In this document: piece by piece, positions 1 through 11,992 of the stretch
Layout: each line of letters begins with the position of its first letter
Position numbering within the stretch: the stretch's first letter is position 1
Assembly (NCBI GenBank): GCA_965235815.1
Contig: CBDDZE010000004.1
Coordinates: 55,750-119,749, forward strand
Origin: Candidatus Pelagibacterales bacterium
GTDB taxonomy: Bacteria > Pseudomonadota > Alphaproteobacteria > Pelagibacterales > Pelagibacteraceae
Length of the DNA: 64,000 bases
Direction: 5' to 3'
Translations under genes and position numbers: made by a program
Notes under the pieces: generated by a model
Told to the model about the DNA's origin: nothing
Database searches by the model: none
What the model saw: only the letters and a program-made list of their open reading frames with translations

Positions 1-445
1 TGCTTTATGGTGATTATCTGAAATACCAATTTGATAATTATTTGGGATTTTTTTTGATAGAATTTTTGTAATATATTCAAGTAAATTTATTCCTAAACTC
101 ATATTACCTGATTTAAATATGGCAATTTTTTTTGAGTAGTTTTTTATTAGATTTTCATCTTTTTTTGTAAAACCAGTTGTTCCAATAACAACTTTTTTTT
201 TTAATTTTTTTGCAAAATTTAAAATTTCAATTGAAGATTTTGGCCTTGAAAAGTCGATGATAACATCAGTTTTTTTAAAAGCTTCTAAGCTATTATTTTG
301 TATTTTGATGCCTTTAATTTTTTTTCCAACTCTTAAGATCAGTTAAGCTATAAAGTTTTAAATTTTTATTTTTTGATATTCGGTTAATTAATATCTGACC
401 CATACGACCAAGGGCTCCTGTAATAGTGATATTAATTTTTTTCAT
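1..445 (-). CDS. dapB: 4-hydroxy-tetrahydrodipicolinate reductase, partial at window edge, one frameshift near 330
   Basis: Hand translation from ATG at 445: MKKINITITGALGRMG (Rossmann), then DVIIDFSRP, IGTTGF, GNMSLGIN. Start overlaps the dnaJ stop (TAATG). Not in the ORF track. Confidence 0.9.
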
Positions 446-1588
446 TAACCGCCGCTCCAAAACTTTTTAGCTTTATTAAAAAAATTTTTTATTTCAGAGT
501 TATTATCTAAATCTTCTAAAGATTTAAATTTTAGGAGCAAGTCTTTTTGTTCTTTGCTTAAAGACTCTGGAATTATTACATTGGTTTCAAGGTAAAGATC
601 ACCAAAATCATTTTCTCTTAAAATGGGCATTCCTTTACCCTTTAATCTAAATTGTTTTCCAGACTGAGTTCCTTCTGGAATTTTAACCTTTGATTTTCCA
701 CCATCAATGGTTGGAACTTCAATTTCAGCACCTAAGTGCAGCATCGGTCATGGAAATGGGTAATTTATAGTATAAATTTTCCTCAGATCTTTGAAAAATT
801 TTATGTTTTTGAACATTAATTAAAACATAAAGATCTCCATTGGATCCTCCTCTGTAACCCGCATCTCCTTTGCCAGATAATCTCATTTGTGTGCCATCAT
901 CAACTCCCTTTGGAATTTGAATGGATAGATTTTTTTTAGTTTTAACAGCGCCAGATCCTCTACAATCTTTACAAGGATTTGATAACATTTCTCCATCTCC
1001 TCCGCAGTCAGGGCAAGTTTGTTGAAGTGTAAAAAAGCCTTGTTGGGTTCTAACTTTTCCATATCCATCACACGTTGAACATTTTTTTGGTTTTGAACCA
1101 GGTTCAGCTCCACTTCCAGAACATTTTTCACATTTTTCATTTGAAGATAAATTGATAGTTTGTTTTTTTCCAAAATAAGCCTCTTCTAAACTAACCTCTA
1201 AATTAATTTTTAAATCAGATCCTCTATTAGATCTTGATTTTTTAGATCGCCCTCCACCTCGACCAGAGCCCATAAAGTCGCCAAAAAAATCATCAAAGAT
1301 GTCAGAAAATGCTCCAGACTCAAATCCACCAAAATCAAATCCACCTGCACCTCCACCTCCTCCTTCAAAGGCAGAATGACCAAACTGATCATAGGATGAT
1401 TTTTTTTTAGGATCCGATAAAACTTGATAAGCTTCAGATGCTTCTTTAAATTTTGCTTCTGCAGTTTTATCACCTTGATTTCGGTCAGGGTGATATTTCA
1501 TTGCTAAAGTTCGATATGCTTTTTTTATTTCCTCAGGTGTTGCTTTTTTATTTATGCCAAGAATATCATAGTAGTCCTTTTTAGGCAT
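445..1588 (-). CDS. dnaJ: Chaperone DnaJ, frameshift near 735
   Basis: J domain with HPD, G/F-rich region and four CxxCxGxG repeats (725..1588); C-terminal part in ORF 445..744; follows dnaK. Confidence 0.97.
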
Positions 1589-1619
1589 ATTAAACCAGGT
1601 TTATAAAGCTAATGAGTGA

Positions 1620-3533
1620 TTAGCCTGTTTTTTTGTTATCGTCTTTTACTTCTTCAAACTCTGCATCAACGACATCTTTTTTATCTTCAGTTTTAGCATC
1701 ACCTTTATTGTCCTCAGGTTTTTCTTGCTGAGCTTTATAAATTGCTTCACCTAATTTCATAGAAGAAGTCATCAGTTGCTGAGTTTTAGTCTTAATATCT
1801 TCAGTTTTGTCAGATTTAATAGCTTCTTTTAAATCTTCCATATCTTTTTCAATTGCTTTTTTATCTGTTTCAGAAATTTTGCTTCCATGTTCTTTTAAAC
1901 TTTGTTCAGTTGAAGCAATTAAAGAGTCCGCGTGATTTTTTGCATCCACCTCTTCTCTTTTCTTTTTATCAGCTTCTTTATTAGCTTCTGCTTCTTTAAC
2001 CATTTTTTGAATTTCTTCATCGGTTAAGCCGCCTGATGCTTGAATTTGAATTTTCTGTTCTTTTCCAGTTCCTTTGTCTTTTGCTGAAACGTTTACAATT
2101 CCGTTTGCATCAATATCAAAGGTTACTTCAATTTGAGGAACTCCCCTTGGAGCAGGTGCAATTCCAGTTAATTCAAAATTACCAAGTAATTTATTATCAT
2201 TTGCCATTTCTCTTTCCCCTTGGAAAACTCTAATGGTCACTGCTGGCTGATTATTTTCCGCAGTTGAGAATACTTGGCTTTTTTTAGTTGGGATGGTTGT
2301 GTTTTTATCAATTAATCTTGTAAATACTCCACCTAAAGTTTCAATACCTAAAGATAAAGGAGTGACATCAAGAAGAAGAACATCTTTTACATCTCCTTGT
2401 AATACTCCCGCTTGAACAGCTGCACCTAAGGCAACAACTTCGTCAGGATTCACACTTTGATTTGGTTCTTTGCCAAAGAAATTTTTTACAGTTTCAACAA
2501 CTTTTGGCATTCTTGTCATTCCACCAACAAGAATAACCTCATTAATTTCAGATGCTGTGTAACCTGAATCTTTTAGTGCAATTTTGCAAGGCTCAATTGT
2601 TTTTTCAATTAATTTTGCAGTGAGAGCTTCTAATTTTGCCCTTGTGATTTTCATGTTCACATGTTTTGGACCAGTTTTGTCTGCAGTAATGAATGGTAAA
2701 TTTACTTCTGTCTGTGCAGAAGAAGATAATTCAATTTTAGCTTTTTCAGCAGCTTCTCTAATTCTTTGCAAAGCTAATTTGTCTGTTTTTAAATTAATTC
2801 CACTTTCTTTTTTAAATTCTTCAATAATATAATCTGTAACTACTGCATCAAAATCATCACCACCTAAAGAAGTATTTCCATTTGTAGATTTAACTTCAAA
2901 AACTCCATCACCTAACTCAAGAACGGATATATCAAAGGTTCCACCACCTAAATCATATACAGCAATAGTTTTTGCTTTTTTCTTATCAAGTCCGTAAGCA
3001 AGTGCTGCTGCAGTTGGCTCATTTATAATTCTTAAAACTTCTAGACCTGCAATTTTTCCAGCATCTTTAGTTGCTTGTCTTTGTGCATCATTAAAATAAG
3101 CTGGAACTGTGATGACAGCTTGCTTTACTTCACTGCCTAAATATTTTTCAGCAGACTCTTTCATCTTCATTAAAACAAATGCAGATATTTGACTTGGTGA
3201 ATATTTTTTATCACGAGACTGAACCCAGGCATCAGTACCGTTATCAGATTTTATAACTTTGTAAGGAAGTCCTTGGATATCTTTTTTTAAATTAGAATCA
3301 TCAAAACTTTTACCAATTAATCTTTTGACTGAAAAAAAAGTATTTTCAGGATTTGTAACTGCTTGTCTTTTTGCAGGAAGACCAACTAATTTTTCACCAG
3401 CTTCAGTGAATGCAACAATTGATGGTGTTGTTCGAACCCCTTCAGCATTCTCTAATACTTTTGGCTGCGCACCATCCATAATGGCAACGCATGAGTTTGT
3501 AGTTCCTAAATCTATTCCAATTATTTTTGACAT
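1620..3533 (-). CDS. dnaK: Chaperone DnaK (Hsp70)
   Basis: [25 protein letters not shown] motifs; 637 aa intact. Confidence 0.99.
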   Translation of the reverse strand: MSKIIGIDLGTTNSCVAIMDGAQPKVLENAEGVRTTPSIVAFTEAGEKLVGLPAKRQAVTNPENTFFSVKRLIGKSFDDSNLKKDIQGLPYKVIKSDNGTDAWVQSRDKKYSPSQISAFVLMKMKESAEKYLGSEVKQAVITVPAYFNDAQRQATKDAGKIAGLEVLRIINEPTAAALAYGLDKKKAKTIAVYDLGGGTFDISVLELGDGVFEVKSTNGNTSLGGDDFDAVVTDYIIEEFKKESGINLKTDKLALQRIREAAEKAKIELSSSAQTEVNLPFITADKTGPKHVNMKITRAKLEALTAKLIEKTIEPCKIALKDSGYTASEINEVILVGGMTRMPKVVETVKNFFGKEPNQSVNPDEVVALGAAVQAGVLQGDVKDVLLLDVTPLSLGIETLGGVFTRLIDKNTTIPTKKSQVFSTAENNQPAVTIRVFQGEREMANDNKLLGNFELTGIAPAPRGVPQIEVTFDIDANGIVNVSAKDKGTGKEQKIQIQASGGLTDEEIQKMVKEAEANKEADKKKREEVDAKNHADSLIASTEQSLKEHGSKISETDKKAIEKDMEDLKEAIKSDKTEDIKTKTQQLMTSSMKLGEAIYKAQQEKPEDNKGDAKTEDKKDVVDAEFEEVKDDNKKTG

Positions 3534-3563
3534 AAAATTCTATTTTTTATTAATTTGTTAAAC

Positions 3564-3593
3564 CTATGTGGTGTTTAATTTAAAGATTACAAC
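3564..3593 (-). promoter_or_regulatory. Candidate sigma32 (RpoH) promoter of dnaK
   Basis: Minus strand GTTGTAA-N15-CCACATAG about 30 nt before the ATG; resembles the alphaproteobacterial RpoH consensus (CTTGAA...CC(T/A)(C)ATAT). Confidence 0.55.
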
Positions 3594-3649
3594 CTTTAAG
3601 GCTAAATTTTTTTAACTTAAAAACCCTTAATTTATTTGACTTTATTGCC

Positions 3650-4246
3650 TTATGAGTTGGTATTGGTCTTTTTTTTTGAGATAGATACAAGGGCTGGCCT
3701 TAAAAGACGATCATTTAACATATAACCCTTTTGAATCTCATTAATCACCATTCCATCTTCCTGTTCGCTTTCAACTTCGTTTAAGGCTTGATGAAAATTA
3801 GGATCAAATTTTTTACCAACAGATTCAAAGGATTTAATTCCATTCTTATCAAAGCTATTAATTAATTCTTTTTCAATAAGCTCTATGCCTAGCATTGTAT
3901 CTTTAAATTCATCTGATTTAAATTTAGGATTATCTTTAAATAAACCAAAGGCCCTTTCTAAATTGTCAGCAAGATTTAAGATTTCTCTAGCAAAGGAAGA
4001 GGAGCTATATTTAATTAAGTCTTCCCTTTCTTTTTCATGAATTTTTCTAAGGTTTTGGTTTTCAGCTAAAGAGCGAAGTAGTTTATCATTTAATTCTTCA
4101 ATTTTTTTTTCAAGATTATTTTCTAGATTATCTTCACTATTATTTTCTAAATTTTTTTCAACATTAAGTTCAGTCCCATTATTTTCTTGGCTATCAATTT
4201 TTGTATCTTGATCTTTAATAGGAGTGGTTTCTTCTTTGTTATTCAT
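3650..4246 (-). CDS. grpE: Nucleotide exchange factor GrpE
   Basis: FDPNFHQA and KGYMLNDRLLRPALV motifs; next to dnaK. Confidence 0.97.
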   Translation of the reverse strand: MNNKEETTPIKDQDTKIDSQENNGTELNVEKNLENNSEDNLENNLEKKIEELNDKLLRSLAENQNLRKIHEKEREDLIKYSSSSFAREILNLADNLERAFGLFKDNPKFKSDEFKDTMLGIELIEKELINSFDKNGIKSFESVGKKFDPNFHQALNEVESEQEDGMVINEIQKGYMLNDRLLRPALVSISKKKTNTNS

Positions 4247-4289
4247 AAGACTATATATTTAAAGCAATACTTTATAATTTTTTTGTCAT

Positions 4290-4317
4290 ATATAGGTACT
4301 ATATTTTTAATTTCTAG
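4290..4317 (-). promoter_or_regulatory. Candidate sigma32 promoter of grpE
   Basis: Minus strand CTAGAAA-N14-CCTATAT upstream of grpE. Confidence 0.55.
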
Positions 4318-4324
4318 CTTTATT

Positions 4325-5041
4325 ATGAGAAAAGATAACAGAGACAATCTTAGTTTGAGAAAAATTGAGATAATTCCAAATTTTATTAAAAATTCTGAAG
4401 GTTCATGCCTTGTAAGATTTGGCGAAACCCAAGTGGTTTGTACCGCTTCAGTGGATACAAAAGTTCCAAGATGGCTTGTTGGTTCTGGAAAAGGGTGGGT
4501 TACAGCAGAATATGGAATGTTGCCAAGATCAACCCATGAGAGGATGAGACGGGAAGCAGCAGTTGGTAAAATTGGGGGCAGAACATCTGAAATTCAAAGA
4601 TTAATTGGGCGGTCGTTAAGAGCTGTTGTTGATTTAGGATTATTAAATGAAAAATTAATTACCATTGATTGTGATGTTTTAACTGCAGATGGTGGAACAA
4701 GAACAGCTGCTATCACGGGTGGTTTTGTTGCATTAAAATTATGCATTGATCATTTGCTTAGACAAAAAGATATTAAAACAAATCCAATACAGCAATATAT
4801 TGCAGCAATTAGCTGTGGGATCGTAGATGGTAAAATTCTATTAGATTTAAATTATGAAGAGGACAGTAAGGCAGAAATTGATGCAAATTTTGTCATCACA
4901 GAAAATATGCAGCTTGTTGAAATTCAAGCAACAGGAGAGAGAAAAACATTTTCAGATGAAGATTTAAATGAAATGCTGAGAATTTCAAAAGGTGGAATTA
5001 AAGAAATAATACAACAGCAAAAGTCTTGTTTTGGAAAATAA
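4325..5041 (+). CDS. rph: Ribonuclease PH
   Basis: GWVTAEYGMLPRST, EIQRLIGRSLR, ADGGTRTAAITG; likely start MRKDNR at 4325, in frame with the 4187 ORF. Confidence 0.96.
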   Translation: MRKDNRDNLSLRKIEIIPNFIKNSEGSCLVRFGETQVVCTASVDTKVPRWLVGSGKGWVTAEYGMLPRSTHERMRREAAVGKIGGRTSEIQRLIGRSLRAVVDLGLLNEKLITIDCDVLTADGGTRTAAITGGFVALKLCIDHLLRQKDIKTNPIQQYIAAISCGIVDGKILLDLNYEEDSKAEIDANFVITENMQLVEIQATGERKTFSDEDLNEMLRISKGGIKEIIQQQKSCFGK

Positions 5042-5648
5042 GTTAAGAAATTTAAAAAATATTAAATCTTTATTGATAGCAACTAACAATAAAGGAAAAC
5101 TTTTAGAAATAAAAAAATTATTACCAAAGCATATTACTTTTTATAGTCCCAAAGATTTCAATCTTTTAGAACCAATTGAGAATGCAAAAACATTTGAAGG
5201 AAATGCAGTAATAAAAGCAAAATATTGTGCACAAAAATCTAAATTAGTATCTTTATCTGATGATTCTGGACTTGAAATCTCAAGTTTAAATGGAGAACCT
5301 GGAGTGTACTCAGCCCGTTGGGCAGGCAAAAATAAAGATTTTAAATTAGCAATTAAAAAAGTTTATACAAAAATAAAGAAAAAAAATAAGTTAAAGAAAT
5401 TAAATGCTGCTCGGTTTTATTGTTCCCTAGCTATCGCTTTTCCAAATGGAATTTACAAAACTTTCAGTGGGACGGTTAGTGGCAAAATTTCAACTAAACC
5501 TAAGGGAAATAACGGATTTGGTTATGATCCTATATTTATTCCAAAGGGATATAAAAAAACTTTTGGGGAGATGAAGGCTGATTTTAAAGATAAAATAAGT
5601 CATCGTTATAAAGCATTTAGTAAAATAAAAAAATATTTTAAATATTAA
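5031..5648 (+). CDS. rdgB: dITP/XTP pyrophosphatase (Ham1 family)
   Basis: ATNNKGK, DDSGL, PGVYSARW, GFGYDPIF, SHR motifs; follows rph. Confidence 0.95.
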   Translation: MENKLRNLKNIKSLLIATNNKGKLLEIKKLLPKHITFYSPKDFNLLEPIENAKTFEGNAVIKAKYCAQKSKLVSLSDDSGLEISSLNGEPGVYSARWAGKNKDFKLAIKKVYTKIKKKNKLKKLNAARFYCSLAIAFPNGIYKTFSGTVSGKISTKPKGNNGFGYDPIFIPKGYKKTFGEMKADFKDKISHRYKAFSKIKKYFKY

Positions 5649-5650
5649 TT

Positions 5651-6505
5651 ATGGAAAATATTAAGTTTATTGATCAGAATTTAGAAAAGGGTCTTTACTT
5701 GGTCTCAACGCCTATTGGAAATTTAGCTGATATTACCATTCGAGCTTTAAATATTTTAAAAAAATCAGATATTATTTTATGTGAAGATAAACGAGTTTCA
5801 AAAAAATTATTAGATTATTATGATATTAAAGTTCAATTATTTTCATATCATAAATTTAATGAAAAAGAGTCTGTTGAAAAAATATTAGAAATTTTTAAAA
5901 AAAATAAAATAGTATCACTTATTAGTGATGCAGGGACTCCTTTAATATCTGATCCTGGAAAAATATTAATTAACGAGATTGAAAAAAATAATATAAAAAT
6001 TATTTCAATTCCTGGACCATCCGCTGTAACAGCTGCTTTTAGCTTAGCAGGTTATAGTGATGATTATTATTTTTATGGATTCTTGCCTAAAAAATTAGGA
6101 GAGAGAAAAAAAGTCTATGAACAATTTTCAAATCTAGAAAGTTCAATAATTATTTTCTTACCAGCTAGAGATTTGGTTTCAATTATTAAAGAGATGAAAG
6201 AATTTCTTGGGGATAGGCAGATTACAGTTGCCAAAGAAATTACAAAAATTCATGAAAATATTATAAAAGGAAACTTGGATAATATTTTAGATAAAATTAA
6301 ACCTATTGTTCTAAAAGGTGAGGTGACAATAGTATTGTCATCTGAGGCGAATAAAAATAAAGATCAAAATATTGATATAAATAAAGAAATTTTAGATCTA
6401 TCAAAAAAAATGAAAACTGCAGATCTTGCTAAATATTTATCTAAAAAATTTAAATTTTCTAAAAAAGAAATTTATCAAAAAATTTTAATGTTTAATAAAA
6501 AATAA
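5651..6505 (+). CDS. rsmI: 16S rRNA C1402 2'-O-methyltransferase
   Basis: LYLVSTPIGNLADIT, SDAGTPLISDPG, KEITKIHE motifs. Confidence 0.95.
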   Translation: MENIKFIDQNLEKGLYLVSTPIGNLADITIRALNILKKSDIILCEDKRVSKKLLDYYDIKVQLFSYHKFNEKESVEKILEIFKKNKIVSLISDAGTPLISDPGKILINEIEKNNIKIISIPGPSAVTAAFSLAGYSDDYYFYGFLPKKLGERKKVYEQFSNLESSIIIFLPARDLVSIIKEMKEFLGDRQITVAKEITKIHENIIKGNLDNILDKIKPIVLKGEVTIVLSSEANKNKDQNIDINKEILDLSKKMKTADLAKYLSKKFKFSKKEIYQKILMFNKK

Positions 6506-7094
6506 TGAAATTTTTAAAAGTCATTTTTATATCTTTATTTTTAACTTCTTGTATTGGAAATTTAACATCAACTGTTTTTGGAATTGGTGTTAATATAAAT
6601 TTAGATCCGACGGTCTCCTGGATTATATTTAGATGACAAGTTAGCAGAGACACTTGATTATGAAAAAAATAATTCAAAATAATTACAAACAAATCTTCTT
6701 AAATGTAAAAGTTATTGATGGAACAGCTTTATTAAGTGGTCGAGTTGAAAATGCTGAAGATAAATTGAAACTTACAAAATTTGCTTGGGAAACAGCTGGT
6801 ATTAAAGCGGTGCGAAATGATATTGTAATTGCTGATGAAACTTCTTTTAAACAAAGAGCAAAAGATATTTTAATATCATCACAACTTAGTGCTGCATTAC
6901 TAATAAATAAAAAAATAAATTCTCGAAATTATAATTTAGAGACAATTAATGGAAAAATTTATATTTATGGAATGGCGAGAACTACAGCTGAAATGGAAGA
7001 GGTTATTAAAGAAGCTAAATTAATTCCGGATGTTGTTGAAGTTGTTCCAAGTATTATTCTTGCTGATAATTTATCTAGAAAAAATTATCTTTAA
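6505..7094 (+). CDS. Dual-BON-domain lipoprotein (DolP/YraP-like), frameshift near 6610-6640
   Basis: ATG at 6505 gives MKFLKVIFISLFLTSC (lipobox); ORF 6654..7094 holds two BON-like repeats. Confidence 0.75.
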
Positions 7095-9359
7095 TTTTTC
7101 TTATAATTAATAACGTCCGATGAAAAAGCAGCAATGGCTGCCATATTGAAAATATCAGAAACTTTTGATCTTAATGTTGCAATCTCAATTGGTTTATTTA
7201 AGCCCAATTAATAATGGACCAATCAATGTGCAGCCACCAAGCTCTTTAAGTAACTTTGTAGAAATTGCAGCACTATGAATTGCTGGCATAATTAGAATGT
7301 TTGCTGGCGCTGATAATTTTGAAAATGGATAAATAGTTTTAAATTTTTGATTTAAAGCTACATCTGGTTGCATTTCACCTTCAAACTCAAAATCAACTTT
7401 TCTATTTTCTAAAATATCTCGCGCTTCTCTTAAGTGAATGCTTCTTTCAGACATCGGTTTTCCAAATGTTGAATGGGCTAGAAAAGCAACTCTTGGTGTA
7501 AAGCCTAAAATTTTTGCAACTCGAGCAGATGAGATTGCAATATCTGCTAAATTTTCTGCAGTTGGATATTCATGAACATTGGTGTCTGCAATAAAAACAG
7601 TTCCTTTTTTTGTAACAGCAATGGTGAGACCAAAAATAATTTCACCCGGTCTTTCATCAACCACATATTTAATATTTTCTAAAGTATCGCTAAAAGTTCT
7701 TGTCACACCTGTGACCATGGCATCAGCATCACCAAGATCAACCATGCAAGATCCAAAAACAATTCTATTGGTTCTAATTAGTCGGTCGCAATCTCTTTTT
7801 AAAAAACCTTTTCTTTGTAATCTTTTATAAATATGATTGGTATATCTCTCTCTTTGTTTTTCATCTTTAGAATTGTGAATTTCAATGGATTTATCCAAAG
7901 TTAATCCAAGATCTTTAAGTTGTTGTGCAATTTTTTCTGAACTACCAATTAAAACCGGTGTACCTAAACCATTATTTTTAAAATCAATTGCAGCTCTTAA
8001 CATAGACTCTTCTTCGCCTTCAGCAAAAATAACTCTTTTTTGTTTTTTTCTAACTTGGGCATAGATATTTTGTAAAAAACCAACAGAAGGATCTAATCTT
8101 GCAGCAAGACTATCCTTATAAGCTGAGAAATCTTCAATCTTCTTTTGTGCAACGCCACTTTTCATAGCAGCTTCAGCAACCGCTGCAGAGACATTTCTAA
8201 TTAATCTTGGATCAAAGGGAGATGGAATAATATAATTTTTTCCAAATTTTGGTCGTTCACCACCATATGCTGCAACCACTTCATCCGGAACATCTTCTTT
8301 TGCAAGATCTGCTATGGCTTTTGCAGCTGCAATCTTCATCTCTTCATTAATTGTTTTTGCTCTACAATCTAAGGCTCCTCTAAAGATATAAGGAAAACCT
8401 AAAACATTATTTACTTGGTTTGGATAATCAGATCTTCCAGTTGCAATAATTGCATCACTTCTTGTTTGTTCGATTAATTCAGGAAGAATTTCAGGATCTG
8501 GATTTGCGCAGGCAAAAATAATTGGATCTTTTGCCATGGATTTTACCATGGCTGGAGTTACTACATTTTTTGCAGATAAACCTAAAAATATATCTGCTCC
8601 TTTCATAGCCTCTTCTAAAGTTCTAAGTTTTGTATCTACGGCATGGGTTGATTTAAATTGATCCACTTTCGGACGACCTTTATAAATTACTCCTTCTCGA
8701 TCTAACATCACTACATTATCATCGGGTAAGCCCATGGCTTTTAATAATGACACACAGGAAAGACCGGCAGCCCCTGCGCCATTAACAACCATTCTAACTT
8801 TTTTTATTGATTTTTTTACAATTTCTAAAGCATTTAAAATTCCAGCCACAGTAATAATAGCTGTTCCATGTTGATCATCATGAAATACAGGAATTTTAAG
8901 TTTATTTTTTAATTCTTGTTCAATAATAAAACAGTCTGGAGATGCAATATCTTCTAAGTTGATGCCTCCAAAACTGTTTCCAATTTTAGCAACACAATTA
9001 ATAATTTCTTCAGCATTCTGTGAATCAACTTCAATATCAATTGAGTCAATGTCGGCAAATCTTTTAAAAAGAACAGCCTTACCTTCCATGACTGGTTTTG
9101 AAGCAAGTGCGCCTAAATTTCCAAGTCCTAAAATTGCAGACCCATTTGATATAACAGCTACAGTATTTCCTTTGCTTGTGTAGTCATAAACTTTTGATGG
9201 ATCTTTTGCTATCGCCTCAACAGGAACAGCAACACCAGGCGAATAGGCAAGCGCCAAATCTCTTTGGGTTGCCATAGGTTTACTTGCAATTATTTCAATT
9301 TTTCCAGGCTTACCCTGACTATGATAGTCTAAAGCTTCTTTATCTGTAAACTTTTCCAT
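7091..9359 (-). CDS. maeB: NADP-dependent malic enzyme with C-terminal phosphotransacetylase-like domain, frameshift near 7195
   Basis: LAYSPGVA, INLEDI, FHDDQHGTA, NGAGAAG, then RVIFAEGEE; C-terminus KPIEIATLRS...KKN* continues in another frame to 7091. Confidence 0.95.
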
Positions 9360-9462
9360 AATATTGTTTTTAATATAAATAAAACTGTAAGAAGAAGTTA
9401 TTTTTCTTATACTAAGTTCTTAGATTTTAAATTATTAAAACAAAGTTGAAACTAAATATCAA

Positions 9463-10977
9463 ATGAATATTTTAAAAAATATCTCTTATTTTGGATTTTC
9501 GACTTTTTTAAGTAGAATTCTTGGCTATTTAAGGGATACTTTAATTGCAGTATTTCTTGGAACCTCAGCTGTTGCGGACGCTCTCTTTGTTGCATTTAGA
9601 ATACCAAATACTTTTAGATCTTTATTTGCCGAAGGCTCTTTTAATTCTGCTTTTATCCCAGCTTACGCAAAGCAAAAGGGCAGTAAAAAAAATTATTTTG
9701 CAAACCAAATATTAAATTTATTAATTATTTTTATTCTTTTTATAGTTTTTGTTATTGAAATATTTACACCCGACTTTTTATTTCTTATTTCACCTGGCTT
9801 TAAAGATATTGATGGAAAATTTGATCTTGCCGTAGATCTTAGTAGAATTACCATTCCTTTTTTATTTTTTGTATCCATTTCATCATTTCTTTCAGCTATT
9901 TTAAATTCAAAAGGAAAATTTTTTATCACTGCCGCAGCACCCATCATATTAAATATTTTATTAATTTTATCTTTAGTTTTTTTTAACAGCACGCATACAG
10001 AAATAGTTTATGCATCTTCTTATGCCTTAACGATTGCAGGAATTATTCAGGTTATTTTTTTATTTTTCTTTGCAAAAAAATATTTCAAAATTAATTTAAG
10101 CTTTATTATTAATATTAATGATCAAGTTAAATCTTTTTTTAGAAAATTATTGCCTAGTGTTTTCGCATCAGGCGTAAATCAAATAAATATTCTAATCGGA
10201 ACAATTATTGCTTCATTTGAAAGTGGAGCAGTTTCTTATTTATATTATGCAGATAGAATTTATCAATTACCATTAGCTTTAACCGGGATTGCAATTGCAA
10301 CTGTTATCTTGCCAAGTTTATCTAAAGAAGTTTTTAAATCGAAATTAGTGAAAGTAAATTTTATTCAAAATCGTTCTTTAGAGTTGTGTTTATTTTTATC
10401 GTTACCAGCAACAGTTGGAATTTTTCTTGCATCAGATCAGATTATATCGGCTTTATATGGTTATGGGTTTTTCGATGCTGAAAGCGTTATCAATACCTCA
10501 GCGGCACTCTTATTATTTGGAATAGGACTGCCTGCTTTTGGATTAATTAAAATTTATTCAAGTTTTTATTTTGCAAGAAGTAATACAAAATTTCCATTTT
10601 ATTTGTCTTTATTCTCGGTGATTTTAAATATTTTAATTAGTCTTTCCTTATTTAAGAGTTATGGTTTTATAATTATACCTCTTGCAACCAGCATTTCTGC
10701 TTGGCTAACAGTTATTGTTTATCAACTAAATCTTATTAAATCCGGATATCATTCTTTTGATAAATTATTTGTTATTAGATTTATAAAATCAATTTTGTGC
10801 ACATTGATTATGGGATTAATTCTTTCTGTTTTATTAAAATATTTTGCAAATTATTTAGAATCAAAAACGATATTAAAAGCGATAATTTTAATATCTGTAG
10901 TTTTATTCTCCGCGTTTATCTACTTTTTAACTGCCTATTTTTTAAAAGCATTTCGTATTAAAGATTTAAAGGTTTAA
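9463..10977 (+). CDS. murJ: Lipid II flippase MurJ (MviN)
   Basis: SRILGYLRD, AFRIPNTFRSLFAEG, LYYADRIYQLP; many TM segments. Confidence 0.96.
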   Translation: MNILKNISYFGFSTFLSRILGYLRDTLIAVFLGTSAVADALFVAFRIPNTFRSLFAEGSFNSAFIPAYAKQKGSKKNYFANQILNLLIIFILFIVFVIEIFTPDFLFLISPGFKDIDGKFDLAVDLSRITIPFLFFVSISSFLSAILNSKGKFFITAAAPIILNILLILSLVFFNSTHTEIVYASSYALTIAGIIQVIFLFFFAKKYFKINLSFIININDQVKSFFRKLLPSVFASGVNQINILIGTIIASFESGAVSYLYYADRIYQLPLALTGIAIATVILPSLSKEVFKSKLVKVNFIQNRSLELCLFLSLPATVGIFLASDQIISALYGYGFFDAESVINTSAALLLFGIGLPAFGLIKIYSSFYFARSNTKFPFYLSLFSVILNILISLSLFKSYGFIIIPLATSISAWLTVIVYQLNLIKSGYHSFDKLFVIRFIKSILCTLIMGLILSVLLKYFANYLESKTILKAIILISVVLFSAFIYFLTAYFLKAFRIKDLKV

Positions 10978-10984
10978 ATTTTAA

Positions 10985-11992
10985 ATGATTAAAAATAGAA
11001 TTTTATCCGGTGTTCAGCCAACGGGAAACCTTCATCTTGGCAACTATTTAGGCGCAATTAAAAATTTTGTTAAGTTACAAAAAGATTATGAGTGTTATTT
11101 CATGTTAGCAGACCTACATTCAATAACCGTATTTCAAGATCCAAAACAACTAAGAGAGAATATAATTGAAACCGCTGCTGTTTTTCTTGCCTGCGGACTA
11201 GATCCAAAAAAGAATGTTATATTTTGTCAGTCGAGTGTTGCCGGACATTCTGAATTAGCATGGATATTTAATTGTGTTGCAAGAATTGGCTGGTTGAATC
11301 GAATGACGCAATTTAAAGAAAAAGCAGGATCGAATAAAGAAAAAGCAAGCGTTGGTCTTTATTCTTACCCAACTTTAATGGCAGCAGATATTTTGCTTTA
11401 TAAAGCAACACATGTTCCTGTGGGCGAAGATCAAAAACAACATTTGGAACTTTGTAGAGATATTGCTGTGAAATTTAACAACGATTTTAATTGTAAAGAT
11501 TTTTTTACATTACCAGAACCTATTATTACAAAAGAAGTTGCAAGAATAATGAGTCTGAAAGATGGAACTAAAAAAATGAGCAAATCTGATGAGTCCGAGG
11601 CTTCAAGAATTAATTTAACAGATACAGAAGAAGATATTGTGCAAAAAATTAAAAAAGCAAAAACTGATAATGATTTAATTCCTGACACAGAATTTAAATT
11701 AACAGATCGACCAGAGGCTAGAAATTTAATTAATATCTTTTCAATCTTGAATGGCAGTACAATTGAAAAAACATTAAAAGAATTAAGTGGTAAAAATTTT
11801 TCTGAATTAAAAAATAGACTAAGTGAAGTTTTGATTAAAGAAATTGTTCCAATAGGAAAAAAGATTAAAGAATTTAAAAAAGATACTGACGCAATTAAAA
11901 AGATTTTAAAAAGTGGAAGTGAAAAAGCAAATATTGAGTCTCAAAAAACTATAAAAGAAGTACATAAGATTGTTGGATTGTCCTTATCTTAA
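10985..11992 (+). CDS. trpS: Tryptophanyl-tRNA synthetase
   Basis: SGVQPTGNLHLGNY, VPVGEDQ, KMSKS. Confidence 0.98.
   Translation: MIKNRILSGVQPTGNLHLGNYLGAIKNFVKLQKDYECYFMLADLHSITVFQDPKQLRENIIETAAVFLACGLDPKKNVIFCQSSVAGHSELAWIFNCVARIGWLNRMTQFKEKAGSNKEKASVGLYSYPTLMAADILLYKATHVPVGEDQKQHLELCRDIAVKFNNDFNCKDFFTLPEPIITKEVARIMSLKDGTKKMSKSDESEASRINLTDTEEDIVQKIKKAKTDNDLIPDTEFKLTDRPEARNLINIFSILNGSTIEKTLKELSGKNFSELKNRLSEVLIKEIVPIGKKIKEFKKDTDAIKKILKSGSEKANIESQKTIKEVHKIVGLSLS

Noticed and set aside
4100-4165. Short imperfect repeat encoding NLENN twice in grpE
   Set aside because: Low-complexity disordered N-terminus, common in GrpE.
4272-4289. Mini-ORF MTKKL* on the minus strand before grpE, as a possible hrcA remnant or leader peptide
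   Set aside because: Too short to tell from chance in AT-rich DNA, and it overlaps the candidate -10 region.
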